A stretch of DNA of 64,000 bases from the IMG/VR virus record IMGVR_UViG_3300022555_000004; one strand, 5' to 3'. Below, in pieces: positions 46,274 through 55,847 of this stretch. The translations under genes and the position numbers were made by a program. The first letter of the stretch is position 1, and each line of letters starts with the position of its first letter. The notes beneath the pieces were generated by a model. It made no database searches, had not been told where the DNA came from, and saw nothing but the letters and a program-made list of their open reading frames with translations. Source of the stretch: a virus. Lineage: Duplodnaviria; Caudoviricetes.

Positions 46274-47115
46274 TGATTTTATATTTCAACACAGATAATG
46301 ATATTTCAACAGCAATCAATAGTATAACAAAATCAAAGGGTAAAGATATTACTTCTATTTTTATGATATGGATCCCAACTGAAAAGGGCACAAGCCAAAC
46401 TAAGGCTAGTGCCCTTCTTAGTCAGACAGAAGTGTTAGAAAAATATACCAAGACAATTCCTATTGTTATTTTTGATAGATATAGAAGCATCACAAAAGAA
46501 GAACATAATTGGTTGAAGAAGTTCAAAGTAACATTTTTTGAACCATCCATATGCCCAAGAGAAGGATTCAAATATTTACCAAATTGGACGAAAATAAAGA
46601 CATTGGATGATATAAAACTTAATGAAATGAATCGTAATATTAATCTAGGTTATATTGGTTCTATATCAGACAGAAGTAAATCATTTGAAAAATATTATGT
46701 AAAACCAAAATCACTGAATGATATTGTTGTATCTTATCATAGTAAATCAATTCAACCGAACAATGAACAAGAATATTCGTCCCTTGGCATGCAAAATTCT
46801 GTATTAGATTTTAAAGATATAGAATTTTCTGTTATATTGGGAAGTATCAATGATTATATTGTTGGCCATTTAGACCAATTTTATTTTAGAGCATTGGAAC
46901 ATAATTGTATTCCAATAGTTCCAGCTGAAAATAGATATTATTCGGCATTACTGACTTGTGATACACATAAATGGTATGATACGTATTTCAAAATGTATGA
47001 CACAATTTACATTGGAATGATTCATGATATATATGAACGAATTAGAAAATATTATCCTGAAATGGATATCAAATACACAGCAGAGATAATAAAAAAATAT
47101 TTGGGAGAGAAATAA
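46273..47115 (+). CDS. GT-B fold protein, loosely T4 beta-glucosyltransferase-like
   Basis: IVIFDRY...FFEP...NLGYIGS..DR...FEKYY...ALEHNCIPIV. Confidence 0.4.
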   Translation: MILYFNTDNDISTAINSITKSKGKDITSIFMIWIPTEKGTSQTKASALLSQTEVLEKYTKTIPIVIFDRYRSITKEEHNWLKKFKVTFFEPSICPREGFKYLPNWTKIKTLDDIKLNEMNRNINLGYIGSISDRSKSFEKYYVKPKSLNDIVVSYHSKSIQPNNEQEYSSLGMQNSVLDFKDIEFSVILGSINDYIVGHLDQFYFRALEHNCIPIVPAENRYYSALLTCDTHKWYDTYFKMYDTIYIGMIHDIYERIRKYYPEMDIKYTAEIIKKYLGEK

Positions 47116-47840
47116 TGAGTAAATTTGAAGATGAAATAGATGAAATTTTATTTGATGGGGCAAAGCAAAAACCAATGACATATGTTGCCATTGTGTTGGA
47201 TTCATCAGGTTCAATGGCAAATCTTGCTAATGAAATAATTGGTGGTTTTAACAGTCAATTAGAATTGTTCAAAGAAAAGAATAACGAAACACCGATCAAA
47301 CTATCGGTTGTTACATTTGATTCGACTGTTCGTCCTGTTATGTGGGATAAAACACCAAACAGTGTATTAAAATTGACAGATAAATCGTATATACCTACTG
47401 GTATGACAGCTTTATCTGATGCTGTTGGTGATGTTATAGAACATTATTCTGAAATTGCAGAAAAAGACAAAGAAGCGGCGTTTCTTATTGTTATTATGTC
47501 AGATGGTCAGGAAAATGCTTCACAAAGATACACTACATCACAAATAAAAGAATTGATAACAAAATATACAGATACAAATATGTGGACATTTACATATATG
47601 GGAGCTAATCAGGATATGTGGAATGTTTCACAAACATTTGGTATTGCTACAGGAAATACAATGGCATTTTCTGCAACAAATTCTGGCGTAAATGTAGCAT
47701 ATACATCACAAAACAATGCTTTCGATTCATATCTTACAGCAAGGGGAGCACGTGGCCCGGAAGGCCCACAAGGGGCACAAGGATGGGCAGGATTTACACA
47801 AACCAAAAATTTCTATAATGCTAAAGACGCGGTTGTATAA
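47115..47840 (+). CDS. vWA domain protein
   Basis: VAIVLDSSGSM, VVTFD, GMTAL.DAVG, IMSDGQENAS; short G-X-Y tail. Confidence 0.88.
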   Translation: MSKFEDEIDEILFDGAKQKPMTYVAIVLDSSGSMANLANEIIGGFNSQLELFKEKNNETPIKLSVVTFDSTVRPVMWDKTPNSVLKLTDKSYIPTGMTALSDAVGDVIEHYSEIAEKDKEAAFLIVIMSDGQENASQRYTTSQIKELITKYTDTNMWTFTYMGANQDMWNVSQTFGIATGNTMAFSATNSGVNVAYTSQNNAFDSYLTARGARGPEGPQGAQGWAGFTQTKNFYNAKDAVV

Positions 47841-47887
47841 AAATATCTTGACATACTACTTCATTTGTGGTATTATAAAAAGAAAAT

Positions 47888-48190
47888 GTGGAGAATAATA
47901 TGTCAAAAATGGATATAACAATAAGTCGGGATGCAACACTAAACACTGGAAATTATTCGTCAATCAAACCTTCTGTTACATTGACATTGAAGGATGTTGA
48001 TGCTGATGTTGTTTCAGAAAAATATGAAAAATTATCAAGAGTGTTGGATGTTTTTATGATGTTGGAAACGTTGGCATTGGGTAGTGAAATGGAATCGGCG
48101 CAGACTATGGGATATAAAAAATATATAACAGAATTAGAAAAAGTAGATAACCCATTAGATGATGCAATAAATATTTTGAAAGGACTATAA
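47888..48190 (+). CDS. hypothetical protein
   Basis: TLNTGNYSSIK motif; downstream of sigma70 promoter. Confidence 0.55.
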   Translation: MENNMSKMDITISRDATLNTGNYSSIKPSVTLTLKDVDADVVSEKYEKLSRVLDVFMMLETLALGSEMESAQTMGYKKYITELEKVDNPLDDAINILKGL

Positions 48191-48191
48191 A

Positions 48192-48536
48192 ATGGAAGAA
48201 ATGATGAAATTGGATCGAAAATCGGGTGTTCAGGAAGAAGTGCCTTTTATCAACCCAACGAGAAAAGCAATGAAAGAAATGTTGATGCCACAGATTGGCG
48301 AAATGATTGATAACCATAAGGTTACATATATCAATTATGGTCAATTTAGATTTTCAGCGGTAAGTGTTCAGTTGCCAGTGTTAGGCGATAAACTGGAAAG
48401 TAATGGTAGGATATATGAAGTTGAACGAATTGATCCAGCAAAGGGCCAATTCAATGCTGTGTTCAAGGGGTTTAAAGAAAATCCTGTAGTAGAGGCTCCG
48501 GTTGAGATTGAGGACGATCTGGTAAAAGTAATATAA
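48192..48536 (+). CDS. hypothetical protein
   Basis: Last plus-strand ORF before convergent junction. Confidence 0.55.
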   Translation: MEEMMKLDRKSGVQEEVPFINPTRKAMKEMLMPQIGEMIDNHKVTYINYGQFRFSAVSVQLPVLGDKLESNGRIYEVERIDPAKGQFNAVFKGFKENPVVEAPVEIEDDLVKVI

Positions 48537-48594
48537 ATTATATTTGGTAATAAAAAACGAATCTTGTATAATCGGATTCGTTTTTTTATGCGTA

Positions 48595-48864
48595 TTATAT
48601 TTCAAATAAATCATCGGGAATATCAAACAAGGGATTTATAATTTCTGTATGTCGTTTCAAGATCCAAAAGTTTCTTTTGTTAACGTCACCGTCCCAGTTG
48701 GTTATTTCCCAATATCGTTCTAAATTAAAACGATAATGACGAACTGAATATATCTCACCAACATTATACCATGTTGTTTTATCTGAATACATATCTTTTA
48801 TTGTATTTGTTATTATTCTAACTTTTATTATTGAATTTAATTCATAATCTGTCAATAAACTCAT
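48595..48864 (-). CDS. small protein ending IPDDLFEI
   Basis: C-terminus resembles the 38159/38360 ORFs. Confidence 0.55.
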   Translation of the reverse strand: MSLLTDYELNSIIKVRIITNTIKDMYSDKTTWYNVGEIYSVRHYRFNLERYWEITNWDGDVNKRNFWILKRHTEIINPLFDIPDDLFEI

Positions 48865-49366
48865 TGATTTTCCTTCTTGTGTTGATGTTTAATTGTAATT
48901 TATCTTTATTATTATCCCACCATACTTTTACACCATCGTTTTTTTGAACCTTACTGGCACTAATCCAATCACATAACATTTCGGTCAAATAGATGTCATT
49001 CATTTCCGCCGCTGTAACGCCGTTCCATAATTCAGGTATTGCCCACCATTGCCAATGATGTTTATTTCGTTTGATATGCAATCTCCACGCTTCATCAAAG
49101 GCATCATCGCCTGTTTCTGCTGGCTTACAATAATTTTTTGTTTGCATATCAACTGTTGGTGTGTGTTTACCATTGAAGTGTTTTGCATAAGGAATAAATT
49201 CTGATGGTAAAAATTTAGATAAGTCATGTGTCAAACCACGCCATATCAATCCCTTTTTTGAACATTCAATAAAAACATACCATTTGTGTTTTAAAACATA
49301 TTTTAAGTATTGAAAATACATATATTTCCTCCTATTTCTTACAAAAAGATAAAGACCCAAAATCAT
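48842..49366 (-). CDS. DUF5662-like (HD-type) protein
   Basis: HKWYV...HDLSKF...H...NKHHW...EMLCDW. Confidence 0.75.
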   Translation of the reverse strand: MILGLYLFVRNRRKYMYFQYLKYVLKHKWYVFIECSKKGLIWRGLTHDLSKFLPSEFIPYAKHFNGKHTPTVDMQTKNYCKPAETGDDAFDEAWRLHIKRNKHHWQWWAIPELWNGVTAAEMNDIYLTEMLCDWISASKVQKNDGVKVWWDNNKDKLQLNINTRRKINEFIDRL

Positions 49367-49415
49367 ATAAAAAATACGATTTGGGTCTTTGATTCTATTT
49401 ATAATATTTTAGAAA

Positions 49416-49607
49416 TTAGTTTTTCCACAAGCTCCCTGCTTCTGGCTCGTCTTTCCAAAATCGTTGTTCCTGCCCAGTAGACCAAGAATCATTGGGATCT
49501 TCTTTTGATACATTTACCAATTCTTTGTTAATTTCTTTGTTAATTTCTTTGTTAAAAATTTCAAACATATCATCAAACATTTCGTCAAACATAACGGTGC
49601 CCTCCAC
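49416..49607 (-). CDS. hypothetical protein
   Basis: Short ORF behind sigma70 promoter. Confidence 0.4.
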   Translation of the reverse strand: MEGTVMFDEMFDDMFEIFNKEINKEINKELVNVSKEDPNDSWSTGQEQRFWKDEPEAGSLWKN

Positions 49608-49637
49608 TCTCTTTTTTCTCTTATAATAACATATTTA

Positions 49638-50750
49638 TTATTTTTTGTCAACATATTTCTTTACATAGTTTTTCATTGTGGTGTATATTGTTTCTATGTT
49701 TTCTTCTGTCAATTCAGGATAACTAGGTATCATAAAACATTCTTTCGATAATATACTCGCTACTTTTTCATTGTCTGGATAATGAATGCCTGGGGCATAC
49801 GAATGCTTGCTCATAGGATAGAACATAGGTCTAACATCAACGCCGTTATTTCTAAAATATGATTCTACATGGCTATATCCGTTTTTATTTCCAATTATTC
49901 GTACACCACACATCCAATTTGAAGGTGTTGTGTCAAAATCAGTTTTTTGCAATACTACATGTGGTATGGTTGGCAGTATTGATCTATATGAATCAAATAC
50001 CCAATTTTTCTTTTCAATAATAACATCCAAATATTCTAGTTGGCCATATAGGATAGCCGCTTGAACATTAGTCATTCTATAATTATATCCTAATTCATCG
50101 TGAATGTATCTGGTATTTGATTGTCCTTGCCCATGTAGTTTTTTGGAAAAATCATAAACATTTTTATTATTTGTAATTATGGCACCGCCTTCACCACATG
50201 TAATTGATTTATTTCCAAAAAATGAGATAGATGAACAAAGGGATTCGGTGCCTACATATTTATTTTCATATTTTCCTAAAAATCCTTCACAGGCATCTTC
50301 CATAATAATTGATTGTGGATATTTTCGTAATAGTTCAGGGACATTGACGGTGGCACTAACATTATGAACAACAAGTAAAGCGTTTTTTTCGACATCAAAA
50401 GGATCAACTAGGTTATAATTGAGGTTCCATGTGTCAATATTTGCATCGAATGAAAGTAATTTATATTTATTATCAAAAAGAAAGCCATTCCAAGCGGCAA
50501 CATAAACATTATTAGGAACGATGATGTTTTTGATGCCCGGATAAAATTTATATAGTGATCGGGACATAAGATGAACGGCGGCGGTGCCAGAGTTCAATAG
50601 AAGAACATATTTTACATTCAACAATTCTTTCAATTTTTCTTCAACTAATTCTTTATATTTTCCTTGTGATGAAATCCAACTAGAGGCAATGGCATCATAG
50701 GCATATTTGAGAACATCCGGTGGTAAAAAGGGTTGGTAAATTTCAATCAT
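49638..50750 (-). CDS. DegT/DnrJ/EryC1/StrS aminotransferase (perosamine synthase-like)
   Basis: WISSQG, NSGTAAVH, EDACE, SFFGNKSITCGEGG, GYNYRMTN.QAA. Confidence 0.92.
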   Translation of the reverse strand: MIEIYQPFLPPDVLKYAYDAIASSWISSQGKYKELVEEKLKELLNVKYVLLLNSGTAAVHLMSRSLYKFYPGIKNIIVPNNVYVAAWNGFLFDNKYKLLSFDANIDTWNLNYNLVDPFDVEKNALLVVHNVSATVNVPELLRKYPQSIIMEDACEGFLGKYENKYVGTESLCSSISFFGNKSITCGEGGAIITNNKNVYDFSKKLHGQGQSNTRYIHDELGYNYRMTNVQAAILYGQLEYLDVIIEKKNWVFDSYRSILPTIPHVVLQKTDFDTTPSNWMCGVRIIGNKNGYSHVESYFRNNGVDVRPMFYPMSKHSYAPGIHYPDNEKVASILSKECFMIPSYPELTEENIETIYTTMKNYVKKYVDKK

Positions 50751-50907
50751 ACAAAAAATTTCTCCTTAGTCACATACTTTGATGCCAATATATGGTGCTG
50801 CGCAAAATGGACAATCTGGATCACATTCTTCATCATCTTCATATATAATTTCTGTTTGTGTTGGTTGTTTTTCTTCTTTTTTAGTTGGTATAAGATCATC
50901 AAACATA

Positions 50908-52170
50908 TTACTTCTCCGGTGGATATATTTCTAAATTCGGTAATGGAAATATAAATTTTGTTCCAGACGCAATGGCATCCTTCTCTCGTTCTAAGATTTC
51001 TGTTTTGAAGTGCCAAGGGCCTACTAGATAATAATCTGGCTTCATTTTTCTTGATTCTTCTTCACTAATTATTTCGATATTAGTACCTAGTGTATGTGCA
51101 CCAAATTTATCTGCATTTCGTTCAGCAGCATATGGAATTAGGTTGTTATCAATTCTAGCTGCTTGTAACAACGTATTTACCTTTGTAGATGCGCCATAGA
51201 GATGGACTGTTTTTCCATTTGCTTTTATATAATGAATCATTCTCAAAAGATTATTTAGAATTGAATAAGTTCTATCAGCAAACTCGTTATATGGTGTTAT
51301 GTCATCTAATGCCATATCAAATTCTAAATTTCTAAGTTTATTAATATTTTCATGTGATATACAGAAATTATTACATCTTTTCTTTACAGCGACACATTGG
51401 ACACTACCACCATTTATATCATTCAACGTGGCATCAATAAGTTTCATGCCACATGTTTCTAACAAGGATTCAATAACGGATAAACTATAATAGAAAATAT
51501 GTTCACCACATACTGTATCAAAGGCATTCATTTGTAACATAGTAGGTAAATATGACATTTCAAAAATCCATATTCCATTATCACTCAATATGTGTCTTAT
51601 GTTATCAATAAATGTTTCTGGATTTTCTAGGTCATATAATACGGCAATAGATGTTATAATATCGAATTTTATATTTTTCAGTTTTTCGGTTGGAAAGAAA
51701 TCCTTTATAACTGTTACAGAAGGATCTTTGATAGAACATACAACACTGGATGGATCTACAGCATATTTTCTATAACAAGACGGATAATATGATAATAATG
51801 TACCATCATTAGCTGCTATATCAAGGACATTTATTAGATGTTTCTGTGTTATAGGTGGAATGATGTTTGTAGCCATATCTACAATTGATTTTAGATGGTC
51901 TCGCATCGTTTGTGTTGTTGCTGATACATACCAATATTCATTATATAGAATATATGGCGGAATTGTCTTAGATAGTTGAACCGCTCCACAAGCATTTTTT
52001 CCTTTTGTTGTATCACACCACATCAATTCTAAAGGAATTTTTCTATGTGATGGTTCTGGTCTATTGGGATGACAAAACGATCCTTGTAAATATTGTTCTC
52101 TTAAATCAAGGATTGGTGTTAGTTCACTATCACATATTCTGCAATTTTTAACATGTTTCAATCTGTTCAT
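50908..52170 (-). CDS. NDP-hexose C-methyltransferase
   Basis: CRIC...LDIAANDG, FDT.CGEH, YGASTK.NT, VGPWHFK.EI. Confidence 0.88.
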   Translation of the reverse strand: MNRLKHVKNCRICDSELTPILDLREQYLQGSFCHPNRPEPSHRKIPLELMWCDTTKGKNACGAVQLSKTIPPYILYNEYWYVSATTQTMRDHLKSIVDMATNIIPPITQKHLINVLDIAANDGTLLSYYPSCYRKYAVDPSSVVCSIKDPSVTVIKDFFPTEKLKNIKFDIITSIAVLYDLENPETFIDNIRHILSDNGIWIFEMSYLPTMLQMNAFDTVCGEHIFYYSLSVIESLLETCGMKLIDATLNDINGGSVQCVAVKKRCNNFCISHENINKLRNLEFDMALDDITPYNEFADRTYSILNNLLRMIHYIKANGKTVHLYGASTKVNTLLQAARIDNNLIPYAAERNADKFGAHTLGTNIEIISEEESRKMKPDYYLVGPWHFKTEILEREKDAIASGTKFIFPLPNLEIYPPEK

Positions 52171-52173
52171 AAA

Positions 52174-54165
52174 TTATCTCCCATTATATTTAAGTTCTTT
52201 TTCAGCCAAGGCCATATCATAATCTATCATTAGAGAAACCATATCAGCAAAAGATATTTCTGGTTCCCATCCTAATATATTTTTTATTTTAGTTGAATCG
52301 CCACATAGATAATCGACTTCGGATGGTCTGAATAAATTTTTATCTATTTCTAGGTATTTATATGGATCTAGATCTAATTTATTGAAAGCGATTTCTAAAA
52401 AATCTCTGACCGAATGTGCCGATCCACTACATACAACAAAATCATCTGGTTCAGTATGTTGTAACATCATCCACATGGCACGAACATAATCTCTTGCATG
52501 GCCCCAATCTCTATGGGCATCTATGTTTCCTAATGTTAATTTATCTTGTAGTCCTAGTTTTATTCTGGTTGCTGCTCGTGTTATTTTTCGTGTTACAAAA
52601 TTTTCGCCGCGTCTTTCACTATTATGAACCTTAAATAGATTTGGCCCTGTTGCAAATGTTTTACTTTCAGTTTGTATATCAAAAAACTCATTTCCCGATG
52701 TATCTATTATATTAATAATCTCATTCCTGTTTTTTGTTACACCCTTACCGAATTTACAATCAATTTTATCTGTTGTAAAACATGTATAATAATATCGTTT
52801 ACCATCCCTATATTCACATTTAACTTTAGGTCTTTGAATTGAGAATGATTTGAATATATAAATTAAACCAAGACATAATGTTGCAGATGATGTCGTAAAT
52901 CCTTTATATTCATATTGTTCATTTCCCTTTTTTCGTCCGTCAGCCGCATAATAACCATCAAAGAAGGCTTTTTTAATTTCTATTGATGAGTTTAGTATAT
53001 ATTTTGGGACTCTTTTTTCTTTATTTTTTGTATATAATAAGCTTCTCAACCATTGACATAATGTTTTTGGACAATTAAATTTTAATGACCATATATCATT
53101 CTTACAATTTTCATATTGGCCGGGCCCACAATTAGACAGTTTATATTGAATACCATATAATGATGAGAACATATCACCATATACCACAAGTTCTTCCTTA
53201 TCACAACCTGTTAATCTTATTTCAGTTCCTTCGGATATACTGCCATCACCACATACAAATCCTAAAAACATGGCAAGTTTTGTATCACTTGATAATGTTG
53301 TATTTTGTGATGGATATGATATATCAAAGACATTATCACCTATTTTCCAATCAGATGTATATATTTCATTATCATTTTCATCAAAAGCAACATGGTCTAA
53401 TGTTGCCTCGTAACAAGATGATACGGTTTGAACCAGTTTCATAGGTTTGTTTTTTTCTTGATATGATGTTCCACCTATTATTTTAGTAAACTCTAAGCCA
53501 TTCCATACATCACATTTTTTATAGTAATCTAATATTCCTTCCCATCTATGTGATTTAAATATATCTCCTATTGGTAATACATCAATTAAATTATTATCAT
53601 CTTTGATTATTAATGGACTTTCATATAAAATTGATTCATGATTGAAAAGTAATCCATTGGTAGCAAACAATCCATATGCTTTTCGATATACATGAACCAT
53701 ATGATATGAGAAGATTTTAGCTACGGCATAAGGACTTTCAGGTTTAAATAATGTGCTTTCATTTTGTGGTGGCAACGATGAACCAAACTGTTCACTGCTT
53801 CCTGCTTGATAGAACCTGGCTTTCGGGCATGCTTTTCGGATTGCTTCTAACAATCTCAATGTTCCTATTCCTGTTATATCAGAAGTAAATTCAGGAACTT
53901 CAAATGAAATCTTTACATGACTTTGCGCACCAAGGGCATAAACTTCATCAGGATTTAAACTATACATCAAATCAACCAAATTTGCCGTTTCCGCCAAATC
54001 ACTGAAATGTAATATAATTTTATCAAGTATATGGTCAATTCGACTATTACTAACACTACTTGACCTTATTATTCCATGAACAATATATCCTTTACTTAAT
54101 AACAATTCGGCCAAATATGACCCATCTTGACCATTTATACCAGTCAGGAGCGCGGTTTTCTTCAT
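52174..54165 (-). CDS. gmd: GDP-mannose 4,6-dehydratase with intein
   Basis: TGINGQDGSYLA, AQSHV..SF, YQAGSSE, SPYAVAK, FNHE|SERRG.NFVTRKI, RDWGHA. Confidence 0.95.
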   Translation of the reverse strand: MKKTALLTGINGQDGSYLAELLLSKGYIVHGIIRSSSVSNSRIDHILDKIILHFSDLAETANLVDLMYSLNPDEVYALGAQSHVKISFEVPEFTSDITGIGTLRLLEAIRKACPKARFYQAGSSEQFGSSLPPQNESTLFKPESPYAVAKIFSYHMVHVYRKAYGLFATNGLLFNHESILYESPLIIKDDNNLIDVLPIGDIFKSHRWEGILDYYKKCDVWNGLEFTKIIGGTSYQEKNKPMKLVQTVSSCYEATLDHVAFDENDNEIYTSDWKIGDNVFDISYPSQNTTLSSDTKLAMFLGFVCGDGSISEGTEIRLTGCDKEELVVYGDMFSSLYGIQYKLSNCGPGQYENCKNDIWSLKFNCPKTLCQWLRSLLYTKNKEKRVPKYILNSSIEIKKAFFDGYYAADGRKKGNEQYEYKGFTTSSATLCLGLIYIFKSFSIQRPKVKCEYRDGKRYYYTCFTTDKIDCKFGKGVTKNRNEIINIIDTSGNEFFDIQTESKTFATGPNLFKVHNSERRGENFVTRKITRAATRIKLGLQDKLTLGNIDAHRDWGHARDYVRAMWMMLQHTEPDDFVVCSGSAHSVRDFLEIAFNKLDLDPYKYLEIDKNLFRPSEVDYLCGDSTKIKNILGWEPEISFADMVSLMIDYDMALAEKELKYNGR
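52621..53634 (-). mobile_element. intein with LAGLIDADG endonuclease (338 aa)
   Basis: NHE|SILYES...FKVHN|SERRG; FLGFVCGDG and FFDGYYAADG motifs. Confidence 0.88.
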
Positions 54166-54166
54166 A

Positions 54167-54793
54167 TTATACCTCCATAAACAATTTTGTTATATCACTC
54201 TTTCTTTCTTCATTTATCCGACCATGACATCCACCATGACATTTGATACATAATGTTATTAGATTGTCTTCTGAACAATTAGATTTATCATAATCTTTAT
54301 GGTGAACTTGATTGCTTTTTTTGGCTCCACATAATTGACATAAATAGCCATCCCGCTCTCTAATTATTTTCTTCAATTTATTTGTAAATTTACCACCATA
54401 ATAAGTGAATGATGTGGATGTGCCGCCTTTCCATTTTGGATTTTTATCACCAGAACTATCCCAATGGGTTTCTTTTACTCTGTCGCTAATTTTCTTTCTA
54501 ACATCAGGTCTTTTGGAAGGATTATTATCACCTGATAGATATACATCTGAACATGGTTTACAGCAAAATTGCCTATTTCTATGTTTATATTTTATATCAA
54601 ATATTATATGACATTGTTTACATTCTATTGATATCAAAGGTGTTTGCCTTTCAATATGTTTTTTACCTTTGTTTTTTAGTCCATTATGTTTTTTGGCACA
54701 TAACCCCGAGCAAAAAGCTCTATTTTTATTTCTTTTATTATCAGGAACTTCAAAATCTACATTACATTGTTTACATTTTATTATTTTCCTCAT
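54167..54793 (-). CDS. HNH homing endonuclease with N-terminal Zn fingers
   Basis: CQLCG...VHHKDYDK.N..EDNLITLC..CH. Confidence 0.88.
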   Translation of the reverse strand: MRKIIKCKQCNVDFEVPDNKRNKNRAFCSGLCAKKHNGLKNKGKKHIERQTPLISIECKQCHIIFDIKYKHRNRQFCCKPCSDVYLSGDNNPSKRPDVRKKISDRVKETHWDSSGDKNPKWKGGTSTSFTYYGGKFTNKLKKIIRERDGYLCQLCGAKKSNQVHHKDYDKSNCSEDNLITLCIKCHGGCHGRINEERKSDITKLFMEV

Positions 54794-54820
54794 TTAATAC
54801 CCCCGTCAATATTCTTATGT

Positions 54821-54828
54821 TATTTATA
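54821..54828 (-). promoter_or_regulatory. T4-type late promoter
   Basis: TATAAATA upstream of HNH gene. Confidence 0.7.
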
Positions 54829-54869
54829 AAAAAATATTAGCCGGTAATGCCTATAATAAAATATTTTAT

Positions 54870-54917
54870 TTATTGGCCATTTATACCAGTGATCAAGGCT
54901 ACTTTTTGTTTGCCCAT
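54870..54917 (-). pseudogene. truncated 5' remnant of gmd
   Basis: AGGAG SD, MGKQKVALITGINGQ*; matches gmd start MKKTALLTGINGQDG. Confidence 0.85.
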
Positions 54918-54928
54918 TTGATATTCTC

Positions 54929-55231
54929 CTATAAGGTCTTATGTTTCTTTTGAATAAAACCAGCATCATCTAAGTTTTGCCCTGCTAATGCTGCCTTTAT
55001 CATATCAATTATTTTACCATCTATTTCGTCCATATAATTGTTACGTTGAACATTCAAATCCGTTACTTTCAAAAAGTAATCATATAATGAACGTATGCCT
55101 TCGTCCGTTTGATATTTTGCTTTGAAATCTTCAAATGATCCTCTACGTATATCATATAATTTTTCCTGCTCTGCATACATCTTTGTATTTGTTGTGGCTA
55201 GCTTGTCCACCAACGACCCTACTGTGTCCAT
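54929..55231 (-). CDS. hypothetical protein (DUF4254-like)
   Basis: DTVGSLVDKL...LNVQRN..MDEID. Confidence 0.5.
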   Translation of the reverse strand: MDTVGSLVDKLATTNTKMYAEQEKLYDIRRGSFEDFKAKYQTDEGIRSLYDYFLKVTDLNVQRNNYMDEIDGKIIDMIKAALAGQNLDDAGFIQKKHKTL

Positions 55232-55232
55232 A

Positions 55233-55847
55233 TCAATATCTCCTTTTATATATTATATCATTTTTTGTTTTGAAATCTATTGTGTAAAATGGTTCTAGTG
55301 TCCTATTTAACTTATCGGCATCAATCTTGTCAACCTCAATACAAAATATTTTAGGATAATACTTTCTATCAATTTCTAATATTCCATCTATAGCTTCTAA
55401 TTCATGCCCCTCAACATCTAATACGAATAAATCAATTTGTATATTCTCAATAAAGACCTCTGAAAACTTAACACATTCCACATCAAACGTAATATATTTG
55501 AATGTATCGTCATGTTCCACTTTATCATGATATGTCAATGAACCTATACCATATACAATGGAACTATTTTCTTTTATACAATCAGTAAATTGCGATGTTC
55601 TATGTGAATTTGATAACGCATAATTTAAGTTTCGACAATGTGGCCTGTTTTGAACTAACTGACTATATAATCTATCAACAGGTTCAATATTTATTCCTTT
55701 CCATTTTAAACATCGTTCCAAAGTGAAACATGTATTTTCTGATATACCATCAGCCGCTCCACATTCTACAAAGAAGCCGTCTTTCTTATTTCGGAAATAT
55801 CGTTTTATCAAAAGTTCATCTAATTTATTCTGTCCATAATATCTCAT
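55233..55847 (-). CDS. FkbM family methyltransferase
   Basis: YYGQ, FFVECGA.DG...NT, GINIEP, LDVEGHE. Confidence 0.88.
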   Translation of the reverse strand: MRYYGQNKLDELLIKRYFRNKKDGFFVECGAADGISENTCFTLERCLKWKGINIEPVDRLYSQLVQNRPHCRNLNYALSNSHRTSQFTDCIKENSSIVYGIGSLTYHDKVEHDDTFKYITFDVECVKFSEVFIENIQIDLFVLDVEGHELEAIDGILEIDRKYYPKIFCIEVDKIDADKLNRTLEPFYTIDFKTKNDIIYKRRY

